Shown one piece after another: positions 35,997 through 46,241 of a stretch of 57,406 nucleotides of DNA. A model generated the notes under the pieces. The model was given only the letters and a program-made list of their open reading frames with translations, ran no database searches and was not told the DNA's origin. Origin of the DNA: a virus (lineage: Duplodnaviria > Caudoviricetes); IMG/VR virus record IMGVR_UViG_3300027668_000001, positions 1 through 57,406 of that record; one strand, written 5' to 3'. The position numbers and the translations under genes are program-made. Numbering within the stretch: the stretch's first letter is position 1; the number at the start of each line of letters is the position of its first letter.

Positions 35997-37211
35997 CTAT
36001 AACGAACCAAATTGTGTAATAATACAAAAACCATTACCCCCAGCAGCACCATACATGTAAGTAGAGGTTAGGGACAGACCAGCAGGTGCTCCGCATCCAG
36101 TAAATCCCGGAATTGATCTAACCTCTACATTAGAGAGACTGGAGTATATTGAAGGTGATCTGAAAGCTTGTGAGCTACCTGTAAATTGGTTTATGAATCC
36201 GCCCTCATAAAACGGCGTTGGAATTACTTCTAGTATCTGTTTACTCGAACAGAATGCTAGATAGGCAGCAGCATTGTAGTTAGAAGTGGCTGGGATTCCA
36301 AGGGGAGCACTATTTTTTACGTCCCCACTTCCGTTAGCTGTTAAACTAAAAGCACCCGGATGCTGACTAAAACCATTACCTGCACCTAAATTACCATCAG
36401 CCCTAGATATTCCACCAGTGAAGTTAACATCTCCACCAGATGCTGTACCACCAGCATTACTAGTTTGAACCCGTGGAGTGCTGCTCCCTGAAGAAGAAGA
36501 GAAAATACTAACAGTTCCTGAACCACCCCCATTAGCAGCCATGTTTACGGTTACGTTCCCTGAGCCAATGGCACTACCAGTGCAAGTGGAGTTGCCTCCT
36601 GCACCACCAGTACGTGTTCTAGTCTCATTATATCTAACCCTTTCATTTGAAGCAATAGTACCGCCTGCACCAATAGTAATCGCCAGTTGGTCACCAATTT
36701 CCATTTCTACTTTCAGTTTAGAATAACCCCCACCAGCACCGCCTGTCATAGAGCATACAGAACTACTGCCGTTGTTGGACCCAATAGCACAACCGCCGCC
36801 AGCACCTACAAGTTGAATAATATAAGTACCCGCTGCTGTGGCTGTAAATGTACCAGATGACTCAAATGAAGAGCTTACTATATTATTAACTCCAGATGCA
36901 GCCATTGCTGCCCAAGTTAAACCACCAGAAGCACTGGCTTGTGCTGTGAGGGCGTACCCATCTACTGCAGTGTTAGATATATTAATCTTGGCTTCCGTCA
37001 CAGCTTCATTTGCAAGCTTAGGTGTTGTTATAGACCCATCTGTATTGGCCTCAATAGCGTAGTAGGCTAGAGCTGACCATGCCGCTGTACCATTACCCGC
37101 CTTTATTTTCTTAGTATCTGTTTCTAATGCTAACTCACCTTGTGCAAGGACGGGGTTAGCCGATGTCCAGTTAGCAGCCGTATCACGGCGTATTTGAATC
37201 TTATCAGCCAC
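35997..37211 (-). CDS. Gly-rich tail fibre protein
   Basis: IQIRRDTAANW...NPVLAQGE N-terminal module and Gly-rich domain; likely GTG start after GGAGG. Confidence 0.75.
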   Translation of the reverse strand: MADKIQIRRDTAANWTSANPVLAQGELALETDTKKIKAGNGTAAWSALAYYAIEANTDGSITTPKLANEAVTEAKINISNTAVDGYALTAQASASGGLTWAAMAASGVNNIVSSSFESSGTFTATAAGTYIIQLVGAGGGCAIGSNNGSSSVCSMTGGAGGGYSKLKVEMEIGDQLAITIGAGGTIASNERVRYNETRTRTGGAGGNSTCTGSAIGSGNVTVNMAANGGGSGTVSIFSSSSGSSTPRVQTSNAGGTASGGDVNFTGGISRADGNLGAGNGFSQHPGAFSLTANGSGDVKNSAPLGIPATSNYNAAAYLAFCSSKQILEVIPTPFYEGGFINQFTGSSQAFRSPSIYSSLSNVEVRSIPGFTGCGAPAGLSLTSTYMYGAAGGNGFCIITQFGSL

Positions 37212-37542
37212 TTGCCGATCCTCCATTTATAGTTTGAGCAGCGGTATAAACACTGTTGGCAAAACCGCCATCTACTAGATTTACTGGTACTGCTGATTCG
37301 AATGTAGTGTAAGCTACTGCTTCCATCACATCATTGAGAGCAGCCCCAGTGGCTAGGATAATATCCGAACCATTGGTAGCTGTGAAATCAACCGCTGCGA
37401 GTTTTACCCCATTAAGAAACACATCAAGAAATCCAGGCGAGTATCCTCCCGTTGGGAAACTGGTCTGCCCTGCTGTACAATCAAATGCATCTCTTGTCTG
37501 TGTAGCCTGCGGGACTGGCTGTATGCCTATATATCCTGACAT
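37204..37542 (-). CDS. Tail fibre-associated protein
   Basis: MSGYIG start and DVFLNGVKL...DFTATNG module shared with 39068..40462. Confidence 0.7.
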   Translation of the reverse strand: MSGYIGIQPVPQATQTRDAFDCTAGQTSFPTGGYSPGFLDVFLNGVKLAAVDFTATNGSDIILATGAALNDVMEAVAYTTFESAVPVNLVDGGFANSVYTAAQTINGGSASG

Positions 37543-37555
37543 TCTATTCTCCTAT

Positions 37556-38755
37556 TTAGATTATTTCTTCGCCTATAAGATTAACTGTGGTTCCACCATC
37601 TAATGTAAAAAACTCATAGGTTATTCTCTTGTCAGTAATTGTTGTAGGGGGAGTTTGAACAACTGACGAAGGCAGCGTAACAGTGGTGTATGCCCCTACT
37701 GTGGTAAACTCACGAATAATAAAGGATGAATCTACAACGTAAATGTGGCTACCATCTGGTCTAAAGAATATAGAAGTAATACCACTACCATATCCAATGT
37801 TGTCTTCGCTGGTAGAGGTAGCGGTGGAGATGTCCCAAGCTGTACTAAGGGTGAACTTGTGCGTGTCTGTGCTAGCGTTACCCGCCACAAACATAAAGAG
37901 ACCATCTGTGCTCATGTCAAGAGCCCAAGGTTGGTTTGTCTGAGCGCCTACATAAGCAAACTTATTAGCATAAGAACCTGTAGATATATCCCAAGCTGTA
38001 CTAAGGGTGTACTGAAACACCTTGTAAGTTCGAGATTCCGATACGAAAACCTTAGTGCCGTCTGTGCTAAAAGCTATACCAGTGGGGCCAAGGCTTTGAG
38101 AAGCAATGCTCAGGCTCTTATTAGCATAAGAACCTGTAGAAACGTCATAAGCGGTAGAGAGTGTGTACTGGCATATATTATCCGATGATCCGCTATCTAA
38201 CACGTACAGTTTAGTACCATCAGAACTCAATCGCAAACCAGCTGGCTCTGCCGTAGTAGCAGTTACACTCAAGCTCTTAGAGGTATAGTAGGCTGTCGAT
38301 ATATCCCAAGCTGGACTGAGGGTGTACTGGTACACTCTGTCGTTAGCGTGGCCTACAATGTACATCTTAGTCCCGTCTGGGCTAAAGGCTATAGCTTGGT
38401 AAGAAGTTTCTTGGGTAGAAGTATAAGTCTTGTTTGTTCGTACAGAGTTTTCAATACCATATCCTGTTAGCATATTGCCTTTAAAGCTATACTTCCAGTT
38501 AGCATTAGTCGGAACAGAAGCAAAGCTAACCGTTGTGTTGACTGTGAGTGTCCCTTGATCAAAGAAGTTAAACGTACCCACATTCAACGAAGGCGTAGCA
38601 CCCGTAACTGATGTAGGTTTAAATGTACCTACTCCAGTTAAAGATGATCCATCACCTGTAAAGGTTGTTGCTACTATGGTTCCATCAACAGTGGCAGTTG
38701 TCCCAGAGACCGAAGTCAGATGGGCTAGTTCAGAAAGTTCTCTTGCTTTGGTCAT
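37556..38755 (-). CDS. Tail fibre / receptor-binding protein with beta-propeller repeats
   Basis: Repeated FSxDGTKxY...QYTLSTAWDIST blades. Confidence 0.75.
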   Translation of the reverse strand: MTKARELSELAHLTSVSGTTATVDGTIVATTFTGDGSSLTGVGTFKPTSVTGATPSLNVGTFNFFDQGTLTVNTTVSFASVPTNANWKYSFKGNMLTGYGIENSVRTNKTYTSTQETSYQAIAFSPDGTKMYIVGHANDRVYQYTLSPAWDISTAYYTSKSLSVTATTAEPAGLRLSSDGTKLYVLDSGSSDNICQYTLSTAYDVSTGSYANKSLSIASQSLGPTGIAFSTDGTKVFVSESRTYKVFQYTLSTAWDISTGSYANKFAYVGAQTNQPWALDMSTDGLFMFVAGNASTDTHKFTLSTAWDISTATSTSEDNIGYGSGITSIFFRPDGSHIYVVDSSFIIREFTTVGAYTTVTLPSSVVQTPPTTITDKRITYEFFTLDGGTTVNLIGEEII

Positions 38756-38774
38756 AATTTATCCTCTTTACTCA

Positions 38775-39053
38775 TTATACTACCTCCCATAAACAGGTAC
38801 CTTCATTCAACGTCCAACTAGCGTCTGGTTGTGGTGCGTAGAAAGCATCCCGTTCACTATCATAGGTATGACCAATGCCAGCATAATTCTTGCGAAGGGG
38901 TGTTTCTCCGTTTGCATGAACACCGCCAAAAGTGTTGTAAGATGTTTGTATCCAAGAGCCGGGGCTACTGTCTGAGAATGTATCAAAGAAATCAGCCTCT
39001 GCCACGATTACTTGTTCCACCAAGCCGTTATTTACTTTTGCGTAATGCGCCAT
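38775..39053 (-). CDS. Tail fibre-associated hypothetical protein
   Basis: MAHYA...WIQTSYN...RKNYAGIG...YD...DAF pattern. Confidence 0.7.
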   Translation of the reverse strand: MAHYAKVNNGLVEQVIVAEADFFDTFSDSSPGSWIQTSYNTFGGVHANGETPLRKNYAGIGHTYDSERDAFYAPQPDASWTLNEGTCLWEVV

Positions 39054-39067
39054 GTTTTATTCTCCTA

Positions 39068-40462
39068 TTAAGTTAGGTAGCGAATGATTACGGTACCTGA
39101 TCCGCCAGCTGCGCCGTTTTGATTAGTTCCACCTGAGGGCTGGCCACAGCCGCCGCCGCCACCGCCGCCAGAGTTGGCTGTTCCAGCAACTGATTGAACA
39201 GTAAAAAGCCCACCATTGCCTCCACCGCCAGCCTGTACATTAACGCCTGCACTAAACCTTAACCCGCCGCCGCCGCCACTTGCTCTGTAAGTAGATGTCC
39301 CATTTATAGATGAAGCTATGCCAATCCCACCCATGTAAGTCTGAGCATCTTGACCAGCACCACCGCCGTGACCACCACGGCCAGCACTAGCACCTTTGAT
39401 CCCCCTATTACCTTGCCCTGCAGTTCCATTGAGAGGAACATTTACACCTTGATAGTTGCCGCCAGCTGAACCACCACCTAGACCTGGATAGCCATTACCT
39501 GCGCCTTTGCCCCCACCAATTGCAGTAACTGCGGATGCTAAAGTTATTGAAGAGTTACTACCACTTGCATTGCTGCTACCACCCCCTGCGCCACCGGCGC
39601 CTACAACTACTGACATATTCCCTGCTGTTATGTTTATGGTATTGATTGGAATAGATGGCCCACCAGATTGTTCACCTACTACAGAGGATAAATAACCACC
39701 TGCACCACCCCCTGCGCCATCGTCAAAACCGCCGCCGCCGCCACCTGCAACCACAACATACTGAAGAACTCTGTTACCTGATGAAACTGCAAATGTACCA
39801 GAAGATGTAAACGTATGTATCGTGTAAGAACCAGAAGTTGTTTTAGTCCCTCCTGTTGCAACAAAGGGGCCAACCCCACCAGTACCATCACCCACATTAA
39901 TCCAAACATTACCATTAGCAGTCGCGTCTTTAAGGATATACATTTCACCAGAAGTCCTATTAGCCCAGATGTGACCTACGCCAGACGATGGGTTAGTGTT
40001 GAGAGCAGGGCCAGACGTTGAGACAGTTGTGTCTGATAACCCAGAAAAAGTAGCAACTAATCCTGTAAGATTTGCACCACTAATAGCAGGCAAAGCCCCT
40101 GTTAGCTGTGCTGCGGCTATGTTACCTGTAAGCTTAGTTGCATCAAGGTTACTTGTAGGTTTTAGAAATGTAGCATCAGCCTGTGCAGTTGTGTAAGTAC
40201 CTAGGACAGTAAAATCCTCATGGGAAAGAACAACAACTTGATCTCCATTCTTTGCAGCAGCTGTCAGTGTAATACTTGTACCATTAGTAGCTGTGTAGTC
40301 TGTACCATCAACAAGGCGTATACCATTATGGAATACGTTTACTCTGTGTATTGAATAGGTAACTCCTGTGAGAGAAGTCGTTGTTGTTGTTATTGCAAAT
40401 GTCTTTTTAGATACTGCTTTAGAAGAAATAACTGAGGCTTTAGAGCCTATGTATCCTGCCAT
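39068..40462 (-). CDS. Gly-rich tail fibre protein
   Basis: YTIHTFTSSGTF, VVAGGGGGG and GGSGTVIIRY Gly-rich domain. Confidence 0.75.
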   Translation of the reverse strand: MAGYIGSKASVISSKAVSKKTFAITTTTTSLTGVTYSIHRVNVFHNGIRLVDGTDYTATNGTSITLTAAAKNGDQVVVLSHEDFTVLGTYTTAQADATFLKPTSNLDATKLTGNIAAAQLTGALPAISGANLTGLVATFSGLSDTTVSTSGPALNTNPSSGVGHIWANRTSGEMYILKDATANGNVWINVGDGTGGVGPFVATGGTKTTSGSYTIHTFTSSGTFAVSSGNRVLQYVVVAGGGGGGFDDGAGGGAGGYLSSVVGEQSGGPSIPINTINITAGNMSVVVGAGGAGGGSSNASGSNSSITLASAVTAIGGGKGAGNGYPGLGGGSAGGNYQGVNVPLNGTAGQGNRGIKGASAGRGGHGGGAGQDAQTYMGGIGIASSINGTSTYRASGGGGGLRFSAGVNVQAGGGGNGGLFTVQSVAGTANSGGGGGGGCGQPSGGTNQNGAAGGSGTVIIRYLT

Positions 40463-41937
40463 TAGATTATCTCCTCTGCTATTAAGTTCACTGTTGATCC
40501 ACTGTTTGTTGTTATAAAAGTGTATGTCACTCTGTCACTAATCAAAACAGCTGAAGGAGTACCTACAACAGATGATGGAAGAGTAAGTGTCAGAGCCACA
40601 CCTAAGTTGTAGTCAAATACTCTGTCATCAGTATGGCCTACCACATACATATGAGTTCCATCAGGCTTTATGAACACTGCTGTAGGGGCAGTTTCTTGAG
40701 AAGATACTGAGAATAACTGCAAGAAAGATGCTGTGGAGATATCGTAAGCTGTACTTAAATTGTACTCATTGATGTCATCCCCAACCTGACCCACCACATA
40801 CAACTTAGTGCCATCTTCTTTAAAGAAGAGGTTTTGAGGATTAGTATCTTGACCAGATACAGACATTGTTTTTGAGTAAACAGCAGTACTAATTTCCCAA
40901 GTTGTACTTAGATTGTATTCGTACACCGCATCATTAATAGAACCAAGAACGTACATCTTAGTACCATCGGATTTTAAGCTTATACCTTCTGGTCTACTGT
41001 CTTGGCTACCCGTGACAAATAGGTAAGAAGCACCATTAAAAAGTCCTGCCGAGGTAATATCCCACGCAACGCTTAATTCCCATTGTAACACCGAACCGCC
41101 GTATGAGTTACCTGAAGTGTACATCCTAGTACCATCTGACGAGAAGAATAAACCTCTATTTACTGTTTCTATTGATGATAAAGCTTTAGTTGATTTGTGA
41201 ATAATAGTAGAGACATCCCAAGCTGGACTTAGGCTATACTCAAAAATCGCATCATCAGTATCATCAAGAACGTACATCTTAGTACCATCTGGTTTGAAGA
41301 ATATTGCTTCAGCAGATGATACTGTAGAAGCAATGTTACCACTATTATTACTGTAAACAGCCTTAGAGATATCGAAACCATTTAGGTTAGCTGTCTTAAA
41401 TCTGTATTTCCACTCTGCAGTAGTTGGTACACTAGAAAAATTAACCGAAGTATTAGCTGTTAACGTCCCACTATCAAAGTAGTTATTAGTTCCTACATCT
41501 AAAGATGCGGAATTAGTTACTGATATCGTATTACCCATACCATTCCCATGAACGGTACAGTAATACCGCAAAGCCTCTGGAGCATTAGCTGCAACAGTGA
41601 GTGTAACTTTAGCATTTGCTGCTCCAGGAGTTCCAGTAACCACAACCCCAGTAGAGTATGAGCTACCGGCAGCGTCTTTAAAACGTAGTGGGTGTCCAGT
41701 GTTTGTACTATCAGACAGATCAAAGATGTAGATATATGTTCGAGATAATGTTAATTTAGGGTACACTATCGTGTTAAGGTAATACCTATTAGCTCCTCCG
41801 TAAGATCCAACAGTTACAGTATAAGTTGTAGTGACTGCAGTTCCTGCATCTGGGGCAGTTAATCTGGGGTTAAAAGGGGGAGCCGCTGGAGGTATACCAT
41901 CCTGCGAGATGACAACTAGTTCTGATTGTTTACTCAT
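40462..41937 (-). CDS. Tail fibre / receptor-binding protein with cupredoxin-like and beta-propeller domains
   Basis: GHPLRF...YYCTVHGNGMG; FKPDGTKMY blades; paralogue of 37556..38755. Confidence 0.75.
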   Translation of the reverse strand: MSKQSELVVISQDGIPPAAPPFNPRLTAPDAGTAVTTTYTVTVGSYGGANRYYLNTIVYPKLTLSRTYIYIFDLSDSTNTGHPLRFKDAAGSSYSTGVVVTGTPGAANAKVTLTVAANAPEALRYYCTVHGNGMGNTISVTNSASLDVGTNNYFDSGTLTANTSVNFSSVPTTAEWKYRFKTANLNGFDISKAVYSNNSGNIASTVSSAEAIFFKPDGTKMYVLDDTDDAIFEYSLSPAWDVSTIIHKSTKALSSIETVNRGLFFSSDGTRMYTSGNSYGGSVLQWELSVAWDITSAGLFNGASYLFVTGSQDSRPEGISLKSDGTKMYVLGSINDAVYEYNLSTTWEISTAVYSKTMSVSGQDTNPQNLFFKEDGTKLYVVGQVGDDINEYNLSTAYDISTASFLQLFSVSSQETAPTAVFIKPDGTHMYVVGHTDDRVFDYNLGVALTLTLPSSVVGTPSAVLISDRVTYTFITTNSGSTVNLIAEEII

Positions 41938-42245
41938 TAGGTTTGCTCCAATACGCTTACGATCACATCACAGGAGGCAGCAGTGTTACTTGTTACAATC
42001 ACTGTGTCTGTGGTCTCTAAGATAACTTTACCATCTAGAACTGAAAGAGCTGCCCCAGAAGGTATAGGTGTTCCCTTGATAAGATATACACCTGAAATTT
42101 GAACATCTACATCTATTTGAGATGCAGTTTTATTAGCCAAGTTACACCCAATCATAACTGAAGTAGTTGCTGATGGGACTGTGTAAGTTGTAGTGGCACC
42201 TGTACCTACAGATGCACTTGTGTAATTTTTAAATGTGTTTGCCAT
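41937..42245 (-). CDS. Small virion protein
   Basis: 102-aa beta-rich ORF in the tail module. Confidence 0.7.
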   Translation of the reverse strand: MANTFKNYTSASVGTGATTTYTVPSATTSVMIGCNLANKTASQIDVDVQISGVYLIKGTPIPSGAALSVLDGKVILETTDTVIVTSNTAASCDVIVSVLEQT

Positions 42246-42252
42246 TTTTGAT

Positions 42253-43581
42253 TTATCCCAATGCTATTGCTAAAGCTAACGAACTTGATTCTGCTGTGGA
42301 AAGGATAGTAGCTTTTGTATCCCCACCGAGTGTACCAGCATTAACATTTAAGTTGTCTACAAAAGTTTTTGTTACAACTGTAGCAGAAACGTCTGCATTT
42401 GTTGAGATACCATCTAGCTTACCACCATCTACAGAGACATCTCGTCCATCAAATGTAGAGTTGGTTAGAATAGCACCTGTCATAGTACCACCAGCTTTAG
42501 GTAGGGCTGCACCAGCCGCTGTACCTTGAGCCGCTGTGGCATAGTCAGAGGAGCTAAACGTTTTAACTTGTGAAGGATTAGCCAGCTCACTGTCCATCAA
42601 AGCACCAGCAGCAGTAACATTAGCAGTGTCTGTGACATCAGCAGATGCTTCAATGCCTGACATCTTAGTGTTTAAAGCTGTTGTGTACGATGCAGTGGTT
42701 GCATCAAGTATGGCAGTGTATGCTTGAACATTTGTTCCAATTGCCAAGCCAAGGTTTGTACGAGATGTTGACACATTGGTAACATCAGATAAGTTGTCAG
42801 CAGCAATTAGTGCTCCACTCAGTGAGGCATAGGCTGCAACCCATATTGATCCTGTGTATACTTTCATAATATTGCTTACTGTATTATAATATAAGGCACC
42901 AGCAACTAAGGCATTACCATCGTTATCTAGTGTAGGATCAGTTGTTTTAGTTCCAAGGAAGCGGTCATCAAAATTATCTAATGCTTCGAGAGCAGCATCC
43001 TTAGCCGCTTCAGACGCAGTAGCAGATATTGCACTAGCTGATGCAGATGATGCCGATTCAGTTGCCTTAGTCGCAGCAGTTGTTGCCGAACCACTCGCCG
43101 CTGTTGCAGATCCAGCTGCTAGGCCAGCTTGAGTTGTTGCAGTTGTTGCAGAAGTGCTTGCATTGTTTGCTTGCACAGTTGCCAATCCAACTTGTGTAGT
43201 TGCTAAGCCAACTTGTGTAGTTGCTAAGCCAACCTGATTAGTTGCCAGAGTGACTTGATTAGCTGCTAAAGTAACTTGTGCAGCACCATTAGTTGTTGCT
43301 AGGCCAGCTTGAGTTGTTGCGGTTGCTGCAGAGTTATTAGCTGCTGTCGCAGATGCTAACGCATCAGAAGCTTTAGTTGTTGCGGTTGCCGCTGAAGTAG
43401 CAGCACTTGTTTTGGACGCATCTGCATCATTCTGACTAACAAGAGCAGCCGCTGCCGAAACAGCAGCAGCTAAAGCATTTGTAGCAGATTCACTTATAGC
43501 AATTGCAGTGTCTTGCCCTGTGTCAAAACTACCACCATCATCTACAGGGGTCACTTGATTCCCTTGGTCTCTAAATCCCAT
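42253..43581 (-). CDS. Tail fibre protein
   Basis: Ala/Thr/Ser heptad repeats (QVGLATT), DNDGNAL..GALYYN, LAIALG end. Confidence 0.75.
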   Translation of the reverse strand: MGFRDQGNQVTPVDDGGSFDTGQDTAIAISESATNALAAAVSAAAALVSQNDADASKTSAATSAATATTKASDALASATAANNSAATATTQAGLATTNGAAQVTLAANQVTLATNQVGLATTQVGLATTQVGLATVQANNASTSATTATTQAGLAAGSATAASGSATTAATKATESASSASASAISATASEAAKDAALEALDNFDDRFLGTKTTDPTLDNDGNALVAGALYYNTVSNIMKVYTGSIWVAAYASLSGALIAADNLSDVTNVSTSRTNLGLAIGTNVQAYTAILDATTASYTTALNTKMSGIEASADVTDTANVTAAGALMDSELANPSQVKTFSSSDYATAAQGTAAGAALPKAGGTMTGAILTNSTFDGRDVSVDGGKLDGISTNADVSATVVTKTFVDNLNVNAGTLGGDTKATILSTAESSSLALAIALG

Positions 43582-43590
43582 AGTACCCTC

Positions 43591-44487
43591 CTAGAGTAAA
43601 TCACTATACGCGAATGACATTGAGAGGTTACCACCCCTGTTCCTTCGTGCTTTTTCTTCTTTATTTAATTCTAATACTTCTTGATCAAAGAGTAATTGGT
43701 ACTTCTGTATTTCTTCATTATCATTTAAATAGATAGAAGTTTCTAACAGTGATCCAAATAAGACAATCCTTTCATTCTCATCTCTTAGCCAATGGGGTGC
43801 CTCTTGGCCTATCCAGTATGTTGAATTTTCAGCTAACCGAGTATTGAAAAAGGCTTCTGTTTTATTTGCAGCAGCAGAGTAAGTAGTTGCTGTGCCTCCA
43901 ATATTCAGAGTTCCTAATCCTGCTTTCCAATTCAGATAAGTACCTGAGTATGTTGCATCTAGGGCAGCTAATCTTCGATAGTAATGTAACTCTATTACAT
44001 CACCACGACTGAAGTTACCATGTAATTTTATCTCATTGCCAATTCGAGTAAAGAAGTAGTAATCCCTTGAGCTACTAAGTCTATCATTAAATGTTCGTAT
44101 GTCTACTCTTTCATTGTAAACAATACCTGGATTTTTAGAAGTAGTGTCTGCATTTCTGATATACATAATTTCAATCAGATCAGCAGGTACAGTCATAGAG
44201 AGCACCTGACCACCAGCCCAAAAAGAACTGGGGGATATGTCTGGGGTTACACCAGAAGCTGAGGCTGCGGTTATCTCTGCCTGAGTACCATTAATATCAT
44301 AAAGCCTAGTAACCTCTAGTGGCGGCACACGTAGAGTTCTGTAAGCTTTATCTGCTGCGTAATTAAAACACCGTGTTACCACCGAGTTAGACAAAACAGA
44401 AACATCCCTGTTCGCCCAGGACCGAATCAATCCTGCGTTATCACCAGTGAAGTCACCAGATCCTACAAATTCTACGTATGTTGCCAT
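43591..44487 (-). CDS. Head-tail adaptor (tail tubular protein A-like)
   Basis: Gene position; ELHYY and LFGSLLE...YL motifs. Confidence 0.6.
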   Translation of the reverse strand: MATYVEFVGSGDFTGDNAGLIRSWANRDVSVLSNSVVTRCFNYAADKAYRTLRVPPLEVTRLYDINGTQAEITAASASGVTPDISPSSFWAGGQVLSMTVPADLIEIMYIRNADTTSKNPGIVYNERVDIRTFNDRLSSSRDYYFFTRIGNEIKLHGNFSRGDVIELHYYRRLAALDATYSGTYLNWKAGLGTLNIGGTATTYSAAANKTEAFFNTRLAENSTYWIGQEAPHWLRDENERIVLFGSLLETSIYLNDNEEIQKYQLLFDQEVLELNKEEKARRNRGGNLSMSFAYSDLL

Positions 44488-44498
44488 CTTAAATCTCC

Positions 44499-44834
44499 TT
44501 AATAAGACATGAGGTGGGAGTAGTTTTGCTTAAAGATAATCATAAATTTAGCCATCATATCCTTATCTTTCATCGTTGCCGAATCATGCAAATCAATACC
44601 CCATTTGTTTTTTATTTCAATGGCTACTATGTCAGGGACTGTAGCAAACTTTTTAAACCCTAAGTCTTTTTTATTAAACCCACTGTCTAAAAGATCACGA
44701 TCCCTCTTAGCCTGCTCTAGGAAAGGCTTCTCATCCTGATACATTTTCCATTGACTAGATCCATCATCTTCACATTGAATAGAACCTTGAATAGTATTAT
44801 GTTCTGTACTAGGTGTTACATCCCATCGTGCCAT
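44499..44834 (-). CDS. Hypothetical virion-module protein
   Basis: 111-aa ORF with SD. Confidence 0.7.
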   Translation of the reverse strand: MARWDVTPSTEHNTIQGSIQCEDDGSSQWKMYQDEKPFLEQAKRDRDLLDSGFNKKDLGFKKFATVPDIVAIEIKNKWGIDLHDSATMKDKDMMAKFMIIFKQNYSHLMSY

Positions 44835-44849
44835 GTACTCTTCCTCTTA

Positions 44850-45080
44850 TTAAATTGCAATCTTTACAAACCGACCAGACTTACCGATATACCCTAAGGA
44901 TGGGCCAGTAATAGCCACGTTGGCTGTAGAGTGTATGAAAAATGCTTTGTCTATTTGATATCCACCTGAACCAACTGCAGATGTTGTCCAAGCGCATCGG
45001 TCTGCTGGGAGATGTAATATATCCCCAACTAAATTATTTGAGAGTGTGTTTGCTGGGAGTGTCCCTTGAATCACCATCAT
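44850..45080 (-). CDS. Hypothetical protein downstream of the capsid gene
   Basis: AGGAGG SD. Confidence 0.7.
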   Translation of the reverse strand: MMVIQGTLPANTLSNNLVGDILHLPADRCAWTTSAVGSGGYQIDKAFFIHSTANVAITGPSLGYIGKSGRFVKIAI

Positions 45081-45102
45081 GTTCTATACCTCCTAATAGA
45101 AT

Positions 45103-45136
45103 AAAAATAGGGAAGGAGAAATAATCTCCCTCCCCT
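45103..45136 (-). terminator. Intrinsic terminator after the major capsid gene
   Basis: Minus strand GGGGAGGGAGA-TTATT-TCTCCTTCCC followed by TATTTTTATT; same position as T7 Tphi. Confidence 0.75.
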
Positions 45137-45144
45137 TAATGTAT

Positions 45145-46215
45145 TTACTGAAGTCCGTAAACTGCACCGCAGCCTTTTGGATTCTTAACTTCAAAAGACC
45201 ACTCTTCGACAAACATGCCAACAGTCGAGTCACCTTTCTGACCAACTTCTACTTCCTGCATTGGACGCAATGTTGCCATTGCAAACCACTGTGGGTCATA
45301 GATTAATGCGCAAGAGTCTGCAGTACTAAACTGTGTTGTTGTAGCGTCAGTAGTTGTATGTGCAAGGCCCATGATGTAGTTTGGAACTACCATCAAGTCA
45401 CCAAAGTCTGACATATAAACGTCTACTGATTGACGCAGCTTACCATCTTCATCGATATTCCGGCGAACACCTGTGTCACTGACCATGAGGTCAGAGAAGT
45501 CACGGCGAAGCTTTGGAGAAACCATGATACGGGTAGCTGAACCACCATTCTCATAGATCTTCTGCATAACACCATCGATGTCTGTGAGAGCCAAAGCAAC
45601 CTTTGTTTTTGCAGCAGCAACATCAATTACAGTTAGACCTGTGTTTGGTGCGGCTACGGCAGTGAAAGAGCCTTTAAAGACGCAAGTGTCACCACTGTTT
45701 ATGAATGCCTGATAACCAGCAGATTGACGAGCACCAGTAGTAGTCTGCTTGTTGTATGTGTTTACAAGATCAAACTCCATGTCACGGCGCATTTCTGTGC
45801 CACGCTTTTTCAACTGATATGCATACTCATCTGCTACACCAGCTTGATCGATTGCACGGCGAGATCCGGATACGGAAATCACTTTGCTGTTGATCTGAGT
45901 GTAGTTACCCAAGCGGGTCCGGAATGGGCCGACAGTTGTAGAAGCTGCACCATCACCAGCAGCAGGTGCAGTACCAGCCGCTAAGAAGTCTGCGCCTTCA
46001 GCTACACGAGAGTTACCTGGAGCTGTGAGCTCATCGGTCTGCCATTCGTGATAGATGTTAGTTGCTTTTGATTTGCCGATTGAAGACAAGAAAGGAGTCT
46101 CGTCACGTGTGATCATCGAAATGAAATTCGCTAGATCTTCACGGTTAGATACGTCTTTACCTGTGCCTGTAGCTCCACGAGCTGTTGTAATATTACGACC
46201 ACCTGTAGTTGCCAT
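45145..46215 (-). CDS. Major capsid protein (SU10/DUF5309 type)
   Basis: NREDL..ISMI...ETPF, HEWQTDEL, NYTQI, KRGTEMRRDME, YMSDFG. Confidence 0.9.
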   Translation of the reverse strand: MATTGGRNITTARGATGTGKDVSNREDLANFISMITRDETPFLSSIGKSKATNIYHEWQTDELTAPGNSRVAEGADFLAAGTAPAAGDGAASTTVGPFRTRLGNYTQINSKVISVSGSRRAIDQAGVADEYAYQLKKRGTEMRRDMEFDLVNTYNKQTTTGARQSAGYQAFINSGDTCVFKGSFTAVAAPNTGLTVIDVAAAKTKVALALTDIDGVMQKIYENGGSATRIMVSPKLRRDFSDLMVSDTGVRRNIDEDGKLRQSVDVYMSDFGDLMVVPNYIMGLAHTTTDATTTQFSTADSCALIYDPQWFAMATLRPMQEVEVGQKGDSTVGMFVEEWSFEVKNPKGCGAVYGLQ

Positions 46216-46241
46216 TTTTAAAATCCTCCTAGGATATTATA

